Shown here piece after piece: positions 54,600 through 59,865 of a DNA stretch of 59,865 bases. Location: positions 1 through 59,865 of IMG/VR virus record IMGVR_UViG_3300034196_000123, one strand, 5' to 3'. The translations under genes and the position numbers were made by a program. How positions within the stretch are numbered: the first letter of the stretch is position 1; each line of letters begins with the position of its first letter. The stretch comes from a virus (Duplodnaviria; Caudoviricetes). The notes under the pieces are model-generated. The model made no database searches. It was given only the letters and a program-made list of their open reading frames with translations, and was not told the DNA's origin.

Positions 54600-55086
54600 C
54601 GACCTCCCGGCGTGGGGCACCCCCGACGTCCCCCCGTGGGGCACCCCGGAGTCGATGGAGACGTGGCAGGTTCACCGGACCGTCACCGTCGTCCATGTCG
54701 TCACCGTCCCCGGGCCCCGGCCCGGCCTCGCGCTCGCCGTCGCAGCCGGCGTCGCGATCGCCGCTATCGCCGCCGTCCGTGTCGCACCCGCCGAGGGCGC
54801 GCCGGCGACGACGCCGGCGTCGTGGACGGTCCCGGTGTCCCTGCCCCCTGAGTTGCCCGCCGGGTCACCGGTGCCGTCCGGGCCGTCGCCCTCGACGTCG
54901 TGGATGCCGCCCGCCGACACCCCCACCTCGAGCCCCACCCCGACGTCCACGCCGACGCCGAGCCCGCCGGCGGGCACCGTGTCGCCGACGGACGTCCCGA
55001 CCACCGACCCCACCACGTCGTCCGAGCCCCGCTGGGGGTTCGCCGATCGCGTCGCCCACGAGCTCGCGACGCGCGGCGCACGGTGA
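54592..55086 (+). CDS. Single-TM Pro/Thr/Ser-rich protein
   Basis: LALAVAAGVAIAAIAAV helix then PTS-rich tail. Confidence 0.6.
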   Translation: MPDDLPAWGTPDVPPWGTPESMETWQVHRTVTVVHVVTVPGPRPGLALAVAAGVAIAAIAAVRVAPAEGAPATTPASWTVPVSLPPELPAGSPVPSGPSPSTSWMPPADTPTSSPTPTSTPTPSPPAGTVSPTDVPTTDPTTSSEPRWGFADRVAHELATRGAR

Positions 55087-55223
55087 CCCTCACCGTGCGC
55101 TGCTCCTGCGGCCTACCGATGCAGATCAAGGCCGGTGCCTGCGACCCGCCGTACCGCTGGTGCTGGCGCTGCGACCGTCAGCCGGCCCAGGTCTGGTGGT
55201 GGCCGTTCCCGCAGGGCACCTGA
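55083..55223 (+). CDS. Small Cys/Trp-rich protein
   Basis: GTGA overlap; CSCG...CWRCD. Confidence 0.5.
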   Translation: MTLTVRCSCGLPMQIKAGACDPPYRWCWRCDRQPAQVWWWPFPQGT

Positions 55224-55346
55224 CCACCCCCACAGACTGGATGCCGTCAGCCCCTCGCTCGGGGAGAGGCTGGCGGCATCCTGCACGACACACTGGACAT
55301 CGACCGCGCGGACCCGAACCCGCACCGCGCCACCTCTGGAGGACGA

Positions 55347-55658
55347 GTGACCCGCCGAGAGAACCGAGAGAACCGGCTACGCCCGGCCCGCATCCAGGGC
55401 AACCACGTGTTCTCCGTGCGGATCCCCCCGGACAGCCACGCGCGGGTAGCCGAGACGGTCCGGCGCAGCGACCTCGGCCCCGGCGACACCCTCCGCGCCA
55501 TCGTGGACGCCGGCGTCGCCGTCCTCGACACCGCCCGCCGCGCCGGGATCACCCCCCTCGCGGCTGCCGCGCAGCTGGTCGCCGACGGCCAGGCCGTTGC
55601 CGACGTCCGGTCCCGTGCCGTCGACATCGCCGCCGCCCCGCACGACCCTGGCCGCTAG
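55347..55658 (+). CDS. Possible ribbon-helix-helix protein
   Basis: GGAGG RBS; VFSVRIPP..HARV....RRS.L.PGD.LRAIV. Confidence 0.55.
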   Translation: MTRRENRENRLRPARIQGNHVFSVRIPPDSHARVAETVRRSDLGPGDTLRAIVDAGVAVLDTARRAGITPLAAAAQLVADGQAVADVRSRAVDIAAAPHDPGR

Positions 55659-55696
55659 CCCGGTTATGCGGTGACGCTCGTGGCATCATCCAGGCC

Positions 55697-55834
55697 ATGA
55701 CCCGCGCGCTCGCCCGCCTCGCCTTCCTCACCGTCCTCGCGGTCGCTGCCGCCGCGCTCGCCCGCTGGGTCGACACCCGGTACGGCGAGGACTTCGCTGC
55801 GTCCCGGACCGCCGCGCCGTACTGGGTGGAGTGA
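55697..55834 (+). CDS. Small single-TM protein
   Basis: MTRALARLAFLTVLAVAAAALARW; GTGA overlap. Confidence 0.5.
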   Translation: MTRALARLAFLTVLAVAAAALARWVDTRYGEDFAASRTAAPYWVE

Positions 55835-56001
55835 CCGTGGTCGACGTCCCCGACGAGGTGCGGCGCATCGAGCCGACCGCTGACCAGCGGGCCTTCGCCC
55901 GGGTCATGCGCCAGACGTACGCGGCGCTGATCCTGGAGGGGTTCACCGAGGCTCAGGCCCTCACCCTGATCGGTCACCTGCTGGCGGCGAACCGGCCATG
56001 A
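55831..56001 (+). CDS. Small hypothetical protein (56 aa, not in ORF track)
   Basis: YAALILEGFTEAQAL motif seen in actinophage small proteins; coupled on both sides. Confidence 0.6.
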   Translation: MTVVDVPDEVRRIEPTADQRAFARVMRQTYAALILEGFTEAQALTLIGHLLAANRP

Positions 56002-56177
56002 GCGACGACACCAGCGTGCAGCGGCCCGCGTCGACCGTCAGCGAGACGTGCTGCTGCGGCGCGTCGTGCTCCGTCACCGCCCCCCGGTTGGCCGGCGCCC
56101 GCCGGACGGTCGAGGCATGGCGTACGGGGCACCCGTGCCCGAAGGCGACGCCCGCCCGGCCCGGGTTCCGGCCGTGA
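55998..56177 (+). CDS. Small Cys-rich protein (59 aa, not in ORF track)
   Basis: ETCCCGAS...WRTGHPC; ATGA/GTGA overlaps. Confidence 0.55.
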   Translation: MSDDTSVQRPASTVSETCCCGASCSVTAPRLAGARRTVEAWRTGHPCPKATPARPGFRP

Positions 56178-56836
56178 GCCGCAAGGCCTTCGACCCGGAC
56201 CGGCACTGCGGTGGCCGGTCCCGGTCCGCGGACGGCCAGCCCTGCACCCTCGGCAAGGGCCACGGCACCGACCACCGCGGGTTCGGCCACTGCAAGTTCC
56301 ACGGCGGCGCCACCCAGAACGGGACCGTCCACGCCGACCGGGAACGGGTCGTCCAGGAGGTCCGCCGCCTCGGGCTGATCGACGACGTCACCATCGACCC
56401 GGAGATCGCGACCCGGGAGCTGCACCGCGAGATCCTCCGCTGCGTCCAGGCGATCAAGTTCGCCGAGGGGAAGATGAACGAACTCCCCGACGATGACGAC
56501 CTGGTGGTCGGGGTCCGGTACACCCGCACCAAGCACACCAAGGGCGGGGAGCACGGCGCCCAGACCGAGACCGTCCAGGAAGTCGCCGCCGCCCCGCACC
56601 AGTGGCTGCAACTGTGGCGCGCCGAACGGCAGCAGCTGGTCCGCGCAACGTCGGTCGCGATGACCAGGGACCTGCAGGGCCGGATCGTGGCGTCCCTGGA
56701 ACAGCAGGGCGCCCTGATCGGGGACCTGATCGACGGGATCCTCGCCGACCTGGCGCTCACCCCGCAGCAGCAGGCCGCCGTGGACGACGTCGTCACCCGG
56801 CACCTGACCCTCATCGAGGGCCGGGCAGCGGGGTGA
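56174..56836 (+). CDS. terS: Terminase small subunit (probable)
   Basis: CGG.....QPC...G.GTDH.G.GHCKFHGG motif; directly upstream of TerL. Confidence 0.7.
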   Translation: MSRKAFDPDRHCGGRSRSADGQPCTLGKGHGTDHRGFGHCKFHGGATQNGTVHADRERVVQEVRRLGLIDDVTIDPEIATRELHREILRCVQAIKFAEGKMNELPDDDDLVVGVRYTRTKHTKGGEHGAQTETVQEVAAAPHQWLQLWRAERQQLVRATSVAMTRDLQGRIVASLEQQGALIGDLIDGILADLALTPQQQAAVDDVVTRHLTLIEGRAAG

Positions 56837-56840
56837 CCGT

Positions 56841-58361
56841 GTGGCGCTGACCGCGTGGGCCGCGGCACGGCGCCGCTACCAGCCCGCACCCCGACGGTTC
56901 TCGAGCCCGTTGGAGTACGGGCGCGCGGTCATGCCCAAGATGGTCGTCACGCCGGCGCTGCAGCTCATCTCCGACGCCCTGGTGGCCGTCGAGGCGGGTG
57001 ACATCGACCGGCTGCTGGTGTCGATGCCCCCGCAGGAGGGCAAAAGCTCCACCGTCGACCGGCTGGGCATCGGGTGGGCGCTGAGCTGCCAGCCGCTGCT
57101 GCAGTGCGGCATCGCGTCGTACAGCGACCGCCTGGCGACCAGGTGGTCCAGGAGGATCCGCAACGACATCCAGGCCAGCAACCGCCGCGGCGGTGTCGAC
57201 CTCGGGCTGCAGCTGGCCCCGGACCAGTGGGCGGCGGACGACTGGCGCCTCGCGAACGGCATCGGCGGGGTCTACGCGGCGGGCATCGGGGGCCCGTGGT
57301 CGGGGTTCCCGCTCGACCGGCTGGTCGTGGACGACCCGCACAAGAACCGCAAGGAAGCCAACAGCACGATCATGCGGGACGCCGTGTACGACTGGTACAC
57401 GTCCGCGGGCACCGCGCGGCTGTCGGCCGCAGGCCGGATCGTGATGGTGATGACCCGGTGGCACTGGGACGACCTGGCGGCCCGGGTGCTCGACGCGGAC
57501 AAGGTCGGCCGATGGCACGTGATCAACATTCCGGCGCAGGCCGACCCGGAGATCGCCGACCCTGACCCCCTCGGCCGCACCCCCGGCGTCTACATGATCT
57601 CCGCGCAGGGGCGCACCGAGGAACAGTGGGAGAAGCGCAAGGAAGAGGCCGCGGAAGAGTGGACGCCCCTGTACCAGGGCGCCCCGGCCGACCCGGGGAA
57701 GAAGTTCTTCGACCTGAGCAAGATCCGCTGGTGGCACCTGTCCCGCGACGGCAAGCAGATCATCTGCGGGCCGCAGACGTGGAACCTGCACGACTGCTGG
57801 CGGTTCGCCACGGTGGACACCGCGAACACCGAGAAGGCGGGCAGCGACTTCACCGTCGTGTCCGCGTGGGCGATCCCCCCGGACGGGTCCCTCGTGCTCC
57901 TGGACGTCGCCCGGGAGCAGCTCAACGAGGACAAGCAGCTCGGCCTCGCGCGGCCCCTGGTGGAGCGGTGGGCCCTCGACGTCGTCTACGTCGAGGCCAG
58001 CATGCGCGGCACCCTGCTGGTCCGCCAGGCCGTCGCTGAGGGCTGGCACATCGAGGACCTGCACGCCGACCGGTCCAAGACGCTGCGCGCGGCGCCGGCG
58101 GCCCGGCTGGTCCGGCACGGCCGGGCATGGTTCCCCGCCGAGCACGAACACCTGATCGTGATCAAGAAGGAGATGAAGCAGTTCCCGGCCAGCAAGCACG
58201 ACGACTTCGTGGACACCTTCGGCTACGCGAGCCTCGTGCGGCACACCGACTGGGCGCCGCCGCTGACGGGCCGGCCCCCGGCATCGGACCCGGCGCTCGC
58301 CGAGCTGCGGGCCGCGACCCCCGACGCGGACGGGTTCGACCCGATGGACACGCCGTTCTGA
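56841..58361 (+). CDS. terL: Terminase large subunit
   Basis: MPPQEGKS Walker A, LVVDDPHK Walker B, TRWH.DD, LYQG.P, VDTA, FP..KHDDFVD. Confidence 0.95.
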   Translation: MALTAWAAARRRYQPAPRRFSSPLEYGRAVMPKMVVTPALQLISDALVAVEAGDIDRLLVSMPPQEGKSSTVDRLGIGWALSCQPLLQCGIASYSDRLATRWSRRIRNDIQASNRRGGVDLGLQLAPDQWAADDWRLANGIGGVYAAGIGGPWSGFPLDRLVVDDPHKNRKEANSTIMRDAVYDWYTSAGTARLSAAGRIVMVMTRWHWDDLAARVLDADKVGRWHVINIPAQADPEIADPDPLGRTPGVYMISAQGRTEEQWEKRKEEAAEEWTPLYQGAPADPGKKFFDLSKIRWWHLSRDGKQIICGPQTWNLHDCWRFATVDTANTEKAGSDFTVVSAWAIPPDGSLVLLDVAREQLNEDKQLGLARPLVERWALDVVYVEASMRGTLLVRQAVAEGWHIEDLHADRSKTLRAAPAARLVRHGRAWFPAEHEHLIVIKKEMKQFPASKHDDFVDTFGYASLVRHTDWAPPLTGRPPASDPALAELRAATPDADGFDPMDTPF

Positions 58362-58898
58362 CGGGGAGCCGTCGAGGTGCTGCACGGGGTGCAGTTCTTC
58401 CCCAACATGTCGACGAACGGCTTGGGGACGTGAGCGGGGACGAGCGGTCGGCGGCTGGAGTGATCATTGCTGGCCAGGGCCAGCAGCCGGGCGAAGAGCC
58501 TCGTGCCCCCTGATCCCTGTCCGACCACCGTTCAGCGACACGCCCGAGGGGGAGACACGCCGTGTCTACCTGTCGGGGGAGTGCCGCGGGCCTGTGACCT
58601 GCGGCGACTGTCGAGGCGACTCATATTCATGCACAGGCTGTGGAGCGTTGGGGCGCCTTATCCACGACTTTTCCACAGGGCGGGATGGGGTTGTGCCCAG
58701 GTCGTGCACACACCGATTTCGTCCGTGCCCCGGTCTCTACCTATGTTCGTGCCGACCCCACAGGTCAGCCCTCACCCATTCGGCCATCGGGCGCGAGCAA
58801 AGTCTGCTGTCGGCGGGGCGGGCTTTACTGGGGGTGCAAAACACGAGAGGCCCGGTGCTCGTAACACCAGGCCGCCCGCACGGAGAGGAAGCCCCCCG

Positions 58899-59072
58899 TT
58901 GTCTCGCAGCAGCAAGGTACCGCCCACCCCTGACCTCTTGCCTCCCGCGCCGCCCCCGCCGGCCGCACGCGCCCGCTGGTGGGTCGTGGCGGCCGCGGCC
59001 ATCACCGCGATCGGCACCGCGATCGCCGCCACAGGGGGCCATCTCGACCTGGCCTTCCGGCTGACCTGGTGA
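58899..59072 (+). CDS. Small single-TM protein (57 aa)
   Basis: GGAGAGGA RBS before TTG; WWVVAAAAITAIGTAIAA; followed by hairpin. Confidence 0.55.
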   Translation: MSRSSKVPPTPDLLPPAPPPPAARARWWVVAAAAITAIGTAIAATGGHLDLAFRLTW

Positions 59073-59080
59073 ACGTGGAC

Positions 59081-59114
59081 GAGCCCCCCCTCGCGCAACG
59101 GTCGAGGGGGGCTC
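59081..59114. terminator. Hairpin between convergent genes
   Basis: GAGCCCCCCCTCG/CGAGGGGGGCTC near-perfect stem. Confidence 0.65.
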
Positions 59115-59148
59115 GCGCCGATCAGGATGCCGGACGCCACCGACAGGC

Positions 59149-59337
59149 TCACTGGTCCGTCAGCGGCTTGCACGTCGTGCACAGCCGCAGGAACGACTCA
59201 GCCGCGATCGTGCGTAGCGGCCCGGTCGCGGTGGCCGGCGGCCATGGCACGGGCGGGCCGGTGCGGGTGGCGGTGCAGTCGGCGCGGTGGACGACGCCGC
59301 CGGCGCGCACGAGGGCGGTCGGGTCGGGGGCGGACAT
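59149..59337 (-). CDS. Small His/Cys protein
   Basis: GGAG RBS; VVHRADC...LCTTCKP zinc-type motif. Confidence 0.6.
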   Translation of the reverse strand: MSAPDPTALVRAGGVVHRADCTATRTGPPVPWPPATATGPLRTIAAESFLRLCTTCKPLTDQ

Positions 59338-59339
59338 GA

Positions 59340-59693
59340 TCACTCCGTTTCGCTGGTGAATCCGTAGGTGCTGGCGGCCAGGCCGTGGCCGTGCTCGTCG
59401 TGCTCGGCCTGCCGGTGGGAGCAGCGGGCGCACAGTGGGCCGTGCTCGCTGTCGGCCAGCTCGCGGGTGAGGGCGGCGCACTGGGCGCACGCGCCGGGCA
59501 GCAGCGCCGCCACGGCGTCGAACAGCGGCGCGTTCTCCGCCGTCCGCATGAGCATCGGGCGGGGCGCGTGGGGCCGGCCGGGCGTGACCGCCCAGATGAT
59601 CGAGTCGGTGCCCTCGCGCATCCGCTCGTGCGTGACGTACAGGCCCGCCAGGGGCGCGGCCGGAGGGGGAGTGGTCGGGGCGGTCTGGTCCAT
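59340..59693 (-). CDS. Hypothetical Zn-binding protein
   Basis: GGAGA RBS before ATG 59693; CAQC...LCARC. Confidence 0.6.
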   Translation of the reverse strand: MDQTAPTTPPPAAPLAGLYVTHERMREGTDSIIWAVTPGRPHAPRPMLMRTAENAPLFDAVAALLPGACAQCAALTRELADSEHGPLCARCSHRQAEHDEHGHGLAASTYGFTSETE

Positions 59694-59865
59694 CGGGTGA
59701 TCTCCGATCGGGCGGGGGTTACGGTGGGCGGGCCGGGGGGGGGGGGGGGGGGGGGGCCCCCGGCCCCCCCCGTCCGGTGGAAGGCACTGGCAGCCAGGCC
59801 GGGGAAACCCGGCCACCAGTGCCCGTTCTCAGGCCCTGGGCACCAGCACCCAGGCGGAGTACGCG

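Noticed and set aside
59735-59756. 22-nt poly-G tract as G-quadruplex or phase-variation site
   Set aside because: Near the window end; long G runs are a common sequencing or assembly artefact and cannot be judged without reads

Overview
A very GC-rich window holding most or all of a temperate, long-tailed actinobacteriophage genome, read in its excised form (a single attP lies mid-window). Order: accessory genes (1-2.7 kb); head genes (portal fused to a MuF-like domain, Mu-type protease/scaffold, decoration protein, major capsid); a giant SGNH-esterase fibre gene; neck and tail genes with a predicted -1 frameshifted chaperone and tape measure; lysis cassette (amidase, membrane proteins) followed by a GH18-like hydrolase; GntR regulator with twin operators; a dif-like XerCD site; tRNA-Lys(UUU)-type attP; a LexA-boxed small gene; tyrosine integrase; repressor/cro/xis switch; recombination and replication genes with an iteron origin; ParB, CbbX-type AAA+ ATPase and many small genes; then terminase. 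The most striking element is at 49.1-55.1 kb: an actinomycete conjugative-element-like transfer/spread module (TraB/FtsK-like translocase, DUF2637/SpdA-like protein, several membrane proteins) embedded in dense GCACAGCC 8-mer arrays resembling a clt locus. Its promoter carries the same 17-bp palindrome as the lysis/lysogeny switch. This suggests a phage that may also move by TraB-type conjugation under control of its own repressor. All family calls come from motif recognition by eye; no searches were run.
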